64,000 bases of DNA from Eubacteriales bacterium (GCA_045629745.1 JAZQRU010000042.1:24358-88357); one strand, 5' to 3'. Positions 46,322 through 55,297 are shown, counted from the stretch's first letter. Notes: generated by a model from the letters alone, not told the origin. Numbers and translations are program-made.

Positions 46322-46352
46322 TAAAACGAAGGCAAGCAAGTTGCCTTCGTTT
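46322..46352 (-). terminator. Rho-independent terminator between GT8 and the flippase gene
   Basis: ACGAAGGCAA-cttgc-TTGCCTTCGT followed on the minus strand by TTTTATTTTTTT. Confidence 0.7.
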
Positions 46353-46356
46353 TAGC

Positions 46357-47199
46357 TTAAATATTTATGAGCTCTTTATTGTTTCCTTCGGAAAGAATCT
46401 TATCAAACTCCCCGTATATATCGTCAAACTCGAAAATTCCGAGCTTTTCGTGCACCTCGAGTCTTTGCCATTGCTTGTAATTATACGAGGTAAGAAATGG
46501 TCCGCGCCACCTGTATCCCATACAAAAATGCTTAAATACGGTATCGGGCTTTATATTTCTCTGTTCATTAAAGCGGTAAGGCACGAGGAGCTTTGCAGAT
46601 GCTTCTTTATGTATTGCAGATTGGTCGGGCATCATCATCCATTTGCGAAAGACGCGCTCGCGCGCACGGGCAAAAAGCCCCGTTTCTCTGATTTTTTTGA
46701 TATTGAGAAGCAAAACTCCTGAGTTGCAGTAATTGTTTCTAAAAAACCTTCTTCCGACAATATCGAGAGTTGCGGCAAATTCATAATTTTCAATATCCGT
46801 TTCATAATACTCGCGAACGTCAGCAAGACACATAATGTCGGCATCAAGATAAATCAGCTTTTCGGGAACGTCAAGAAGGTCGAGAAAAAGCCTTATGCTT
46901 GCGTAGGGAGTATAAGAATTGTTATTGTTTTTACCCTTTTCAAGATGCTCGCGGTAAAGCTCACCGACGTCGATAATTCTCGCGCAGCTTTCGGGATTTT
47001 TCGCCTTCAGGGTTTTATCAAGAAGCTCTCTTTGTTCCTCGGAAAAAGGGATATATTGCGGATTTTTATAGGAAACGTCCATAGTCAAAAGAATAATCTC
47101 AATCGGCGCATCGGTATTCTTCAAAATCGAGAGCGCGGACATAAATATACCGCCGAAAATTCTTTTGTTTCCGCAATAGCAAATGGGAACTCTATTCAT
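46357..47199 (-). CDS. Glycosyltransferase family 8
   Basis: ...ICYCGNKRIF... N-terminus, DxD motif YLDADIM, ...NSGVLLLN...; 280 aa. Confidence 0.8.
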   Translation of the reverse strand: MNRVPICYCGNKRIFGGIFMSALSILKNTDAPIEIILLTMDVSYKNPQYIPFSEEQRELLDKTLKAKNPESCARIIDVGELYREHLEKGKNNNNSYTPYASIRLFLDLLDVPEKLIYLDADIMCLADVREYYETDIENYEFAATLDIVGRRFFRNNYCNSGVLLLNIKKIRETGLFARARERVFRKWMMMPDQSAIHKEASAKLLVPYRFNEQRNIKPDTVFKHFCMGYRWRGPFLTSYNYKQWQRLEVHEKLGIFEFDDIYGEFDKILSEGNNKELINI

Positions 47200-47200
47200 T

Positions 47201-48271
47201 TTACACCTCTCCTTCCTCTTTTATCTGCTTTGATTGAAGCTTATTATTCCTTGAAAATCTTATTTCGAGGATTATATAGAAGATAAGCGATATGAGCATT
47301 ACGAAATAGTAGCTTAAAAGTCGCCAGATAAGCATACCGCCGTATGCAACCGATGCGGCAGCGCCTGCGGCAATGCTTGCAAAAACTGTTTTAAATGCAA
47401 ACTCTATTCCTCCGCTTGAGCCGGGGGTTGGCAAAAATACTACCATCGTTACCGCAAAGCTCGTTCCGCATATAACGAAGAATATGTCGTTTGCCGTCAC
47501 GGGCACGCGGAGAGCTAAGAGAATGAAAAACGTTGTAAGGTAATATGCCGCCATTGAAAGAATTTTAGTTAAAAGTGCGAGAAAGAACGCGCCTTTTTTT
47601 CTTTTAAGCTCTGCAAAAGCTAATTGAACGTTAACGAAATATTCCTTAAGGCTTTCCTTTTTCGGCTCAAGGAAACGGGCTATAAGCTTAAAGCGGCAGA
47701 AAAAGTCCACAAGGCGCGAAAGAAATGCTGATACGCGCTTACTCGTTGCGATAAGAAAGGTTACACCGAGAACGATAAAATTCATACCGAAGCCGATAAC
47801 CGCAATTGCCGCCATTGCTCCGTCGCTTACAAATTTTTTAAAATAGAAGAGAGCGCAAAGGGCAAAGCCGTTCGTTACGAGCATAAACACCATAAAATTC
47901 ATAAGTAAAAGACAGGTTGACTCGGTTGGCTTAACCTTTGCCTTTGCATAAGCATACACCTGAAATGGTTGTCCGCCCGTTGCGAAAGGAGTTATTCCGT
48001 TGAAGAAGTGCTCCGTCATTGCGATACCGTAGGTTTTTGTCATTTTAATATCGCAGCCGCGCGCTTTGGTAAGAATACAAAGGGACAGAGGATAAAGAGC
48101 GACGTATACAAAAATACTTGTAAACGAGAGAAGTATATACTTTGCGTCGGCATTTTTAAGCTCAGACATAATCGAGCCTATATCGTTAAAAGAAAGTATT
48201 GCAATTAAAAACAAAACCGTTATTGCGCCGTAAAGCACGTAAAGCGCAATTTTGCCGTTTTTCTTTTTCAT
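47201..48271 (-). CDS. UPF0104 / LPG-synthase-TM (flippase-like) membrane protein
   Basis: ...FFNGITPFATGGQPFQVYAY... family motif. ATG 48271 (MKKKNGKIALY...) follows AGGAGAGGGA. Its stop is 1 nt from the GT8 start. Confidence 0.75.
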   Translation of the reverse strand: MKKKNGKIALYVLYGAITVLFLIAILSFNDIGSIMSELKNADAKYILLSFTSIFVYVALYPLSLCILTKARGCDIKMTKTYGIAMTEHFFNGITPFATGGQPFQVYAYAKAKVKPTESTCLLLMNFMVFMLVTNGFALCALFYFKKFVSDGAMAAIAVIGFGMNFIVLGVTFLIATSKRVSAFLSRLVDFFCRFKLIARFLEPKKESLKEYFVNVQLAFAELKRKKGAFFLALLTKILSMAAYYLTTFFILLALRVPVTANDIFFVICGTSFAVTMVVFLPTPGSSGGIEFAFKTVFASIAAGAAASVAYGGMLIWRLLSYYFVMLISLIFYIILEIRFSRNNKLQSKQIKEEGEV

Positions 48272-48341
48272 ATCCCTCTCCTTATCAAAATTATTATTAC
48301 TTATTTTAACACATTTCCTTAAATAATGCAATATAAGAAAA

Positions 48342-48413
48342 CAAAAAAAGAAGAATCAACGCAAGTTAATTCCCAAGTACAATACAAGGGCATTATTAAC
48401 GTCAATTCTTCTT
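48342..48413 (-). terminator. Long-hairpin terminator after tsf
   Basis: Minus strand AAGAAGAATTGACG...CGTTGATTCTTCTT (14 bp, two G-U pairs) followed by TTTTTTT. Confidence 0.55.
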
Positions 48414-48432
48414 ATAATAGTCAGCGGCCGAA

Positions 48433-49350
48433 TTAGCCCTTAACCATCTTTTCTATTTCTGCTGCGAAATCTTCTTCTCTCTTCTGGATACCCTCGCCCT
48501 TGTCGTAGCGAACGTAGCCAACAACCTTAATCTCGCCGCCAAGCTCTTTTGCTACGGAAGCAACGTACTTGGAAACGGACATAGAGTCGTCTTTAACGTA
48601 TGCCTGCTCAAGAAGGCAATTGTTCTCATAGAACTTGCCAAGCTTACCCTCAACGATTTTTGCAAGAACCTGCTCGGGCTTGCCTGCCATCTTGGGATCC
48701 TGCTGCATCTGCTTGATAAGAATGGTCTTTTCTTCTTCAAGAACGGATGCGGGAACGCTCTCACGGTTGAGATACTGAACGGGCATTGCCGCAGTCTGAA
48801 GAGCAACGTTCTTTGCGCACTCTGCGAAAGCTTTGTTGCCTGCAAGGTTGGTTTCAAAGTTTACGATAACGCCTGTTGCGCCAAGACCGTGGATATAGGT
48901 TGCAACGGTGCCCTCAACTATTGTGAATCTGCGGATAGAGAGCTTCTCACCGATGGTGTAGGTCTTATCTGCAAGAGCATCTGCAACGGTGCCGCCCGAA
49001 ACGAACTCAGATGCGAGAAGCGCATCAACGTCTGCGGGTTTGTTTGCAATAATAGTTTTAAGCACGTCCTTAACGAACTCCTGGAAAATTGCGTTCTTAG
49101 CAACGAAGTCGGTTTCGGAGTTAACTTCTACGATAGCGGTGGTGTCACCGATAGTCATAATATCAACGAGGCCCTCTGCTGCGATACGGGAAGCCTTCTT
49201 TGCGGTTGCAGCCATACCCTTCTCACGAAGAATTTTAACTGCCTCTTCAAAGTTGCCGTTTGCATCCTTAAGAGCGTTCTTACAATCCATCATTCCGCAA
49301 CCGGTCTGCTTTCTGAGCTCGGCTACGTCTTTTGCTGAAAATTCTGCCAT
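48433..49350 (-). CDS. tsf: Elongation factor Ts
   Basis: MAEFSAKDVAELRKQTGCGMMDCKNAL... UBA-like N-terminus and the conserved core. Confidence 0.95.
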   Translation of the reverse strand: MAEFSAKDVAELRKQTGCGMMDCKNALKDANGNFEEAVKILREKGMAATAKKASRIAAEGLVDIMTIGDTTAIVEVNSETDFVAKNAIFQEFVKDVLKTIIANKPADVDALLASEFVSGGTVADALADKTYTIGEKLSIRRFTIVEGTVATYIHGLGATGVIVNFETNLAGNKAFAECAKNVALQTAAMPVQYLNRESVPASVLEEEKTILIKQMQQDPKMAGKPEQVLAKIVEGKLGKFYENNCLLEQAYVKDDSMSVSKYVASVAKELGGEIKVVGYVRYDKGEGIQKREEDFAAEIEKMVKG

Positions 49351-49368
49351 TATATATTCCTCCTGAGA

Positions 49369-50127
49369 TTATTCTGCGTCTTCTGCTGCTTCGGTTTCTT
49401 CCGCTACAGCTTCAGAAGCTTCCTCTGCTGCGGGCTCTTCCTGAACGCCGCCGTGAGCTTCGATAACTGCGTCTGCAAGTGCGCCTGCAATAAGCTTGAT
49501 AGCGCGGATTGCGTCGTCGTTACCGGGGATTACGTAATCTGCATCGTCGGGATCACAGTTGGTGTCAACGATAGCAACAACGGGAATGCCAAGCTTCTTA
49601 GCTTCGAGAACTGCAATTCTTTCCTTGCGGGTATCAACTACGAACATAGCCTGAGGGAGTCTGTCCATATCCTTAATACCGCCGTAAGATCTTTCGAGAT
49701 CCTGCATTTCCTTAACGAGCTTTGCAACCTCTTTCTTAGGAAGAAGGTCGAAGGTTCCGTCAGCCTGCATCTTCTCAAGCTCCTTGAGTCTTCTGATGGA
49801 TCTGCGGATGGTGTTGAAGTTGGTAAGCATACCGCCGGGCCAACGAACGTCTACGTAGTACATTCCGCATCTCTGAGCCTCGGACTTAACGGACTCGGAA
49901 GCCTGCTTCTTGGTACCAACGAAAAGAACGGTGCCGTTCTCCTGAGCAAGCTCGGATACAAAATTGTAAGCTTCCTCAAACTTCTTAACGGTCTTCTGAA
50001 GGTCTACGATGTGAATACCGTTTCTCTGGGTAAAGATGTACTCTGCCATCTTCGGATTCCACTTCTTAGTCGGGTGACCGAAGTGAACGCCTGCTTCAAG
50101 CAACTGCTTGATTGAAATTTCGAACAT
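49369..50127 (-). CDS. rpsB: 30S ribosomal protein S2
   Basis: [27 protein letters not shown].... ATG 50127 is 8 nt after GGAGG. The ORF-track start at 50166 adds 13 non-homologous residues. Confidence 0.95.
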   Translation of the reverse strand: MFEISIKQLLEAGVHFGHPTKKWNPKMAEYIFTQRNGIHIVDLQKTVKKFEEAYNFVSELAQENGTVLFVGTKKQASESVKSEAQRCGMYYVDVRWPGGMLTNFNTIRRSIRRLKELEKMQADGTFDLLPKKEVAKLVKEMQDLERSYGGIKDMDRLPQAMFVVDTRKERIAVLEAKKLGIPVVAIVDTNCDPDDADYVIPGNDDAIRAIKLIAGALADAVIEAHGGVQEEPAAEEASEAVAEETEAAEDAE

Positions 50128-50250
50128 TTGAATGTTCCTCCTTTGGTTTTTCCGCCATAACGACATAACACTGCGACTTAAACGCTTTAAGCACCTGCAA
50201 TGACGACTCGTTATGTGAGATTTATTAGTCTGCCAGAGGGCAGCTTATAT

Positions 50251-50279
50251 ATAATAGCACACGCGGAGCAAAATATCAA
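50251..50279 (-). promoter_or_regulatory. Candidate rpsB-tsf promoter
   Basis: Minus strand TTGATA, 17 nt, TGcTATTAT, leaving a leader of about 115 nt. Confidence 0.5.
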
Positions 50280-50322
50280 GAAGAATTTTTGCAGATAGAA
50301 AGAATTTACAAATTATTAACAA

Positions 50323-51210
50323 TTATAGGTAGGTCGGGAGCAGCGCGTGAAGCTTCGTAAGCCTTTCGGAGATAGGCGCAAGCTGACACTCTGGTAAGGG
50401 ATTTTTACCTCTTCCAAGCTCAACTGTCAAAGACGTTATTCCGAGAATTTCTCCCGCATAGTCGGAAAGTCCGCCAAAATCGGCAAGCCCCTCGGGGCGT
50501 GAGAGCTTATAGCCGAGAATTTCCGTGGAGCTTTTAGCCACGCGGCGCGCAGTTTTTGAAGCTCTCGGGCGAAAGAACACCTCTTCTCCCTGCGAGTGAA
50601 ATGATAAAATAAGCTCGGGCGAGCTTGCTCTTATAAGCCTGAGAAGCGAGCGCGTTTCGGGCTCGCTTTCGGGATATTCGCCCGAGAATCGAGTTTTGCC
50701 CGGCAAAATTCCGTTTTCCGCCTCTTTTCGTTTATATTCCAAAAAACGAAAGTCGTAGTTATGGTTTAAGTCAACGCCTCTCGAATTTGCCTGCCATTCC
50801 GAAAAATCCTCGCCTCCGCACATCCTTATTTGTCTATCGTACAAGGGATTCGGAAAAATGCCCGAAAGCGCCAAGTCAACTCCGTCGGGATTCAAGCACG
50901 GAACGAACCAAAATGTAAACTTTTGTAGCAAAAACGTAAGATTCACACCGTAGCAAGTACTGGTGCGTGTTAAATTTCCCAAAAAATTTAATATTACGTT
51001 AAAAAGTGCCGATGTGCTGATGTATTCCATTCCGTGATGCGCTCCGACGGAGATAATATTTCTTTCCCCGCGACCGATACGCACAGAATTTATTTCTTCT
51101 CCGAGAATGCTTTTTCCCAAAAGGAACACTTCTGCGCCGCGCTCGGTATCGGCAATATATTTAAAAAAATCGCGTCTTACGCTTTTGGTCGGTGGATAGC
51201 TGAATTTCAA
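50323..51210 (-). CDS. M14-family zinc carboxypeptidase (gamma-D-glutamyl-diamino-acid peptidase-like)
   Basis: HxxE zinc motif (AHHGMEY), ...LNPDG..., ...ESEPET..., ...SFHSQGE... Confidence 0.7.
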   Translation of the reverse strand: MKFSYPPTKSVRRDFFKYIADTERGAEVFLLGKSILGEEINSVRIGRGERNIISVGAHHGMEYISTSALFNVILNFLGNLTRTSTCYGVNLTFLLQKFTFWFVPCLNPDGVDLALSGIFPNPLYDRQIRMCGGEDFSEWQANSRGVDLNHNYDFRFLEYKRKEAENGILPGKTRFSGEYPESEPETRSLLRLIRASSPELILSFHSQGEEVFFRPRASKTARRVAKSSTEILGYKLSRPEGLADFGGLSDYAGEILGITSLTVELGRGKNPLPECQLAPISERLTKLHALLPTYL

Positions 51211-51294
51211 AATTTCACCCCTTTTTCAATTTGCTATTGAAATATTCGTTTCTTTGTGTTAAAATAATATGAAAACAGCGTAAGGAGGGATACT

Positions 51295-51999
51295 GTGGAA
51301 ATTTATAAAAAGATAAAAAAACGAACTGCGATTTTCGTTGCTCTTCTCTCTCTTGTGTCATTCACGCTTCTCTACCTGAGGCTCGTTTACGTTTTTGAAG
51401 GTGATTTTACGGTTTACGGCTCATACTTTTTACAGTACGTTCTTGAAAGCTTCTCTTCCCTCGCTGTGGGCGTTGCAATTTTAGCGGGACGCGGAAACGA
51501 AACGGGAAAGGCGAGATTTTTTTCCGCACTAAAGCTTTCCCTGCCTCGCCTTATCTATCTTATCCCGTACTATTATCTTTTCTACATCTCAGACGGTTAC
51601 GACTCAATAGAGTCGCTAGGACTTCTTTCGATAAGGTCGATTTTTTTGCTTATTCTTTTCGTTACCGAAGCTTTGATTTATTACTTTATCGCGTGCTTTT
51701 CGGCTAAAAAATCGGGCGACGGGTGGGACTTTTTCAAACCCTCGGAACTTTTTGATTTTTCAAGCAGCATATCCGCCGCAATATTCGGAGTTTGCTTCGC
51801 AAGATTCATATTCAACGTTATAAAAGAAGGTATTGACATAATAATTTACCTTATTGATTATGAAGAATTCTATGCCGCGACAGAAATTTATTATCTGCTT
51901 GGAAAGCTTCTTTTAGCCCTAGCAACCCTTTTTCTCGCACACCTTTTCTTTATGAAAACGCGCGGACTTATGGCAAGACTCAGGGAAAACAACGAATAA
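51295..51999 (+). CDS. Hypothetical polytopic membrane protein
   Basis: GTG start 5 nt after AAGGAGGG; 234 aa; about 6 TM; no family recognised. Confidence 0.55.
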   Translation: MEIYKKIKKRTAIFVALLSLVSFTLLYLRLVYVFEGDFTVYGSYFLQYVLESFSSLAVGVAILAGRGNETGKARFFSALKLSLPRLIYLIPYYYLFYISDGYDSIESLGLLSIRSIFLLILFVTEALIYYFIACFSAKKSGDGWDFFKPSELFDFSSSISAAIFGVCFARFIFNVIKEGIDIIIYLIDYEEFYAATEIYYLLGKLLLALATLFLAHLFFMKTRGLMARLRENNE

Positions 52000-52039
52000 A
52001 ACACTGATAAAACAATCTGTAGCTGCGTCATTTAGGCGC

Positions 52040-52122
52040 AAAAAATCCAACGCGAGCTTGATATGAGCCAAAAGAAGCCGTTATGGCTTGCTCATATAAG
52101 CTTTATCCGCGTTGGATTTTTT
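52040..52122. terminator. Long (about 83 nt) imperfect hairpin between convergent genes
   Basis: AAAAAATCCAACGCG...GCTTGATATGAGCCA pairs with TGGCTTGCTCATATAAGC...CGCGTTGGATTTTTT. Confidence 0.6.
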
Positions 52123-52133
52123 ATCTGATTTTT

Positions 52134-54773
52134 TTAAATTTTCATTTTTCTTCTCTCGAAAAGCTTAACAAGCTCGACAACGGGAATAACTATAAGTCCG
52201 AGTCCGATAGCGATAAGATACTCAACTTTTCCTACGCTTGCGAAGCCGAATGCAACGGCAATAAACGAAATTTCGCATACTGCGGTTGTAGCAAGCAACG
52301 AGCCGAGACACGCAAACCAAAGAACCTTGTTATTCGAGCGAAGTCCAAAAATGCTTCCTCTTTGCGAGCGCATATTAAAGCTATGGAAGATTTCTGCCAT
52401 AGACATCGTTAAAAACGCCATCGTCATACCTTTTGCGCTGTTTCCTATTCCCCAAGCGCCAAATTCGATAGAGTAGCCTATAAAGTAAGAGAAAATCGTG
52501 AGAAGCGTTACAAGAACACCCTGATATGCGATATCAATACCCATACCGCCCGAGAAAATGCCTGCCTTTGCATCACGCGGCTTACGGCGCATAATGTTTG
52601 GCTCTGCCTTTTCCATTCCGAGCGCAAGCGCCGGGAAGCAGTCGGTAACGAGGTTTATCCAAAGCAGGTGAACGGGCTTAAGAATAGTAAAGCCGAGAAG
52701 CGTTGCAAAGAATATCGAGAGCACCTCACTCATATTCGAGCCGAGAAGGAACTGAATAGCCTTACGTATGTTATCGTAAATACGGCGGCCTTCCTCTACC
52801 GCGCCGACGATAGTTGCGAAGTTATCGTCTGTGAGAACCATATCCGCAACGTTTTTCGTTACGTCAGTTCCCGTAATACCCATTCCGACGCCTATATCCG
52901 CATTCTTGATAGAGGGTGCATCATTAACGCCGTCACCCGTCATAGCGGTAACGTAGCCCGCCTTACGCCAAGCATTGACTATACGTGTTTTATGCTCGGG
53001 CTGAACGCGCGCGTAGACGCTTATATCCTTGAATTTTGTTTCAAATTCTTCGTCGCTCATTTCATTAAGCTCGGCGCCCGTGATAGCATAGGTATCTTCG
53101 GTGATAATTCCAAGCTCTTTTGCAATTGCAACCGCGGTGTCAATATGGTCGCCCGTTATCATAATCGGGCGGATACCTGCGCTTCTGCACTCAACTATTG
53201 CGTCCTTAACCTCAGGACGAACAGGGTCTATCATACCGCAAAGTCCAACGAAGCAAAGATTTTGTTCAAGATAATCCGCATCATAATTATCGGGCTCGAC
53301 TTGCCATAATCTCATAGAGCAAGCAAGAACGCGGAGCGCTTTATCCGCCATCGCCTTATTTGCTGAAAGAATAGAAGCTACGTATTCCTCGCTAATAGGC
53401 TCGGGCTTGCCGTCTTTAAGATAGTGCGTGCATTTTCCGATAATTACGTCGGGCGCACCCTTGGTATACTGAACGTAAGAGCCGTTTGCCAAGTGAACGG
53501 TGGACATCATTTTTCTGCCAGAGTCGAAGGGAGCTTCTCCCGAACGGGGATTTTCAGCCTTCAAGTCGTACTTTTTCATACCGAGCTTATCTGCCCAGAC
53601 TACGAGAGCCGCCTCGGTAGGCTCACCCGTAACGTTTCCGTCGTTATCTATTTCCGCATCACAGCAAAGAGCCATTGCTTTTGCTATCACGTTTTCATTT
53701 TCGCCGAAGAAATCAACGACGGTCATTTTATTCTGAGTCAAAGTACCGGTTTTATCGGAGCATATAATCTCGGCGCAGCCAAGAGTTTCAACCGCGGTAA
53801 GACGGCGAATAATGGCATTGCGGCGCGACATATTTGTAACACCAATGGAAAGAACGACTGTAACAACTGCCGCAAGTCCCTCGGGAATAGCGGCAACCGC
53901 AAGCGAAACGGCAACCATAAACGACGGAAGTATCGTGTTGTTAAAGCTGAAGTCTCCTGCGCGTATAAGCTGAATGCCAAATACTACGACGCAAATACCG
54001 AGAACAAGCCAGGTCAAAGTCTTTGAGAGCTGATTAAGCTTTCTCTGAAGGGGAGTTTCACCCTCCTCTGCATCTTGAAGCGCGCCTGCGATTTTACCCA
54101 TTTCAGTGTCCATACCCGTTGCGGTAACTACCGCCGTACCTCTTCCGTATACTACGGTTGAGCCCATATAGAGCATATTCTTACGGTCACCGAGCGGAAC
54201 GTCCTTTTCATTATCCTTTAAATAGATAATGTCAATAAATTTGGTGACGGGAACGGACTCACCCGTGAGGGCGGCCTCTTCAACCTTAAGGCTTGCGTTT
54301 TCAAGTATTCTCGCATCTGCGGGAACTGCGTCGCCCGCTTCAAGAAGAATGACGTCACCAACAACCAAATCCTCACTGTGTATTATCTGCACCTTTCCGT
54401 CGCGCAGAACCTTTGAGGTAGCCGCTGACATTTCCTGCAAGGCCTCGATAGCCTTTTCCGCCTTGCTCTCCTGATAAACACCGAGAACCGCGTTTACCAT
54501 AACAACTGCAAGAATGATAATAACGTCCGCAAAGCTCTCGCTTTCGATAACGGCAAGAACACCGCTTATAAGAGCCGCAATAAGCAGAATTATAATCATA
54601 GGGTCTGCAAGCTGTTCAAGAAAACGGCGGAATATGGATTTGCCCTTTGCAGCGGCAAGCTTATTTTTACCGTTTTCTTCAAGTCGGCGCGCAGCTTCTG
54701 AAGAGGAGAGTCCTTCCTTTGAGCTTTCAAGGCTTTCGAGCACCTTTGCGCCGTCTTCGCAATAAAATTTCAT
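52134..54773 (-). CDS. P-type ATPase, P2 (Ca2+/Mn2+-transporting) type
   Basis: ...TGES..., phosphorylation motif ICSDKTGTLT, ...MITGDH..., ...TGDGVNDAPS...; 879 aa; about 10 TM. Confidence 0.9.
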   Translation of the reverse strand: MKFYCEDGAKVLESLESSKEGLSSSEAARRLEENGKNKLAAAKGKSIFRRFLEQLADPMIIILLIAALISGVLAVIESESFADVIIILAVVMVNAVLGVYQESKAEKAIEALQEMSAATSKVLRDGKVQIIHSEDLVVGDVILLEAGDAVPADARILENASLKVEEAALTGESVPVTKFIDIIYLKDNEKDVPLGDRKNMLYMGSTVVYGRGTAVVTATGMDTEMGKIAGALQDAEEGETPLQRKLNQLSKTLTWLVLGICVVVFGIQLIRAGDFSFNNTILPSFMVAVSLAVAAIPEGLAAVVTVVLSIGVTNMSRRNAIIRRLTAVETLGCAEIICSDKTGTLTQNKMTVVDFFGENENVIAKAMALCCDAEIDNDGNVTGEPTEAALVVWADKLGMKKYDLKAENPRSGEAPFDSGRKMMSTVHLANGSYVQYTKGAPDVIIGKCTHYLKDGKPEPISEEYVASILSANKAMADKALRVLACSMRLWQVEPDNYDADYLEQNLCFVGLCGMIDPVRPEVKDAIVECRSAGIRPIMITGDHIDTAVAIAKELGIITEDTYAITGAELNEMSDEEFETKFKDISVYARVQPEHKTRIVNAWRKAGYVTAMTGDGVNDAPSIKNADIGVGMGITGTDVTKNVADMVLTDDNFATIVGAVEEGRRIYDNIRKAIQFLLGSNMSEVLSIFFATLLGFTILKPVHLLWINLVTDCFPALALGMEKAEPNIMRRKPRDAKAGIFSGGMGIDIAYQGVLVTLLTIFSYFIGYSIEFGAWGIGNSAKGMTMAFLTMSMAEIFHSFNMRSQRGSIFGLRSNNKVLWFACLGSLLATTAVCEISFIAVAFGFASVGKVEYLIAIGLGLIVIPVVELVKLFERRKMKI

Positions 54774-54810
54774 AAAAAACTCCTTTCAATTTAATTTTAC
54801 CCCAAAAAGA

Positions 54811-54922
54811 GAAAAAAATGACAAGACTTGCTCTTACGAACTAAGTCTTGTCATTTAAGATAAAGCCAAGAAAACTGTGATGTTGACTTTACCACACTTC
54901 CGTGCCGACTACTCCCTTAAGG
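54811..54922 (-). promoter_or_regulatory. yybP-ykoY-like (Mn2+) riboswitch with terminator expression platform
   Basis: Minus strand UUAAGGGAGUAG-UCGGCAC-GGAA-GUGUGGU-AAAGUC...GGCUUUAUC...AUGACAAGACUUAG parallels the L. lactis aptamer blocks (GGGGAGUAG, AAAGUC, GGCUUUGU, AGCAAGACC). ATGACAAGACTT/AAGTCTTGTCAT forms a 12-bp terminator plus T7 (54811-54854) overlapping the 3' aptamer strand. Confidence 0.6.
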
Positions 54923-54947
54923 GTATTAAATTCAATTAACACTATGA

Positions 54948-54976
54948 ATTCTAGCACAAATTTTTTTTGATGTCAA
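54948..54976 (-). promoter_or_regulatory. SigA-type promoter of the riboswitch/ATPase unit
   Basis: Minus strand TTGACA (54976-54971), 17 nt, TGcTAGAAT (-10 at 54953-54948). Confidence 0.5.
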
Positions 54977-55012
54977 GTGGTGTTTTGATTTTCCCGGCAT
55001 TTTGCGCTAAAT

Positions 55013-55135
55013 CACGGCATAGCCGTGTATATCATCAACACGGAGTGTTGCATATCACCAAAACACAGTTTTGTATATCATCAACCCGCATCGAATACAC
55101 GCTTCGCGTGATGATATACCAAGCCTGCGGCTTGG
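55013..55135. repeat. Iteron-like array: three 23-bp-phased direct repeats, one inverted copy and five triloop hairpins
   Basis: TGTATATCATCAA (55026), TGCATATCACCAA (55049), TGTATATCATCAA (55072); inverted TGATGATATAC (55109). Hairpins CACGGCataGCCGTG, CAACACggaGTGTTG, CAAAACacaGTTTTG, CACGCttcGCGTG, CCAAGCCtgcGGCTTGG. Confidence 0.65.
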
Positions 55136-55297
55136 ATAAAAAAATATTTTTGTTCTCTTTAGTTTGGGTTTGAACTGCCGTGCTATTTGGTGAAATGGAA
55201 TCTTTGTTCTAAAATATCCAACGCTTATTAACAAGAGTTTTCTTCATTTATTCTCTTTCGCGGTGTTGAGAGAAGCTATCAACATTCTTTTGATTTC

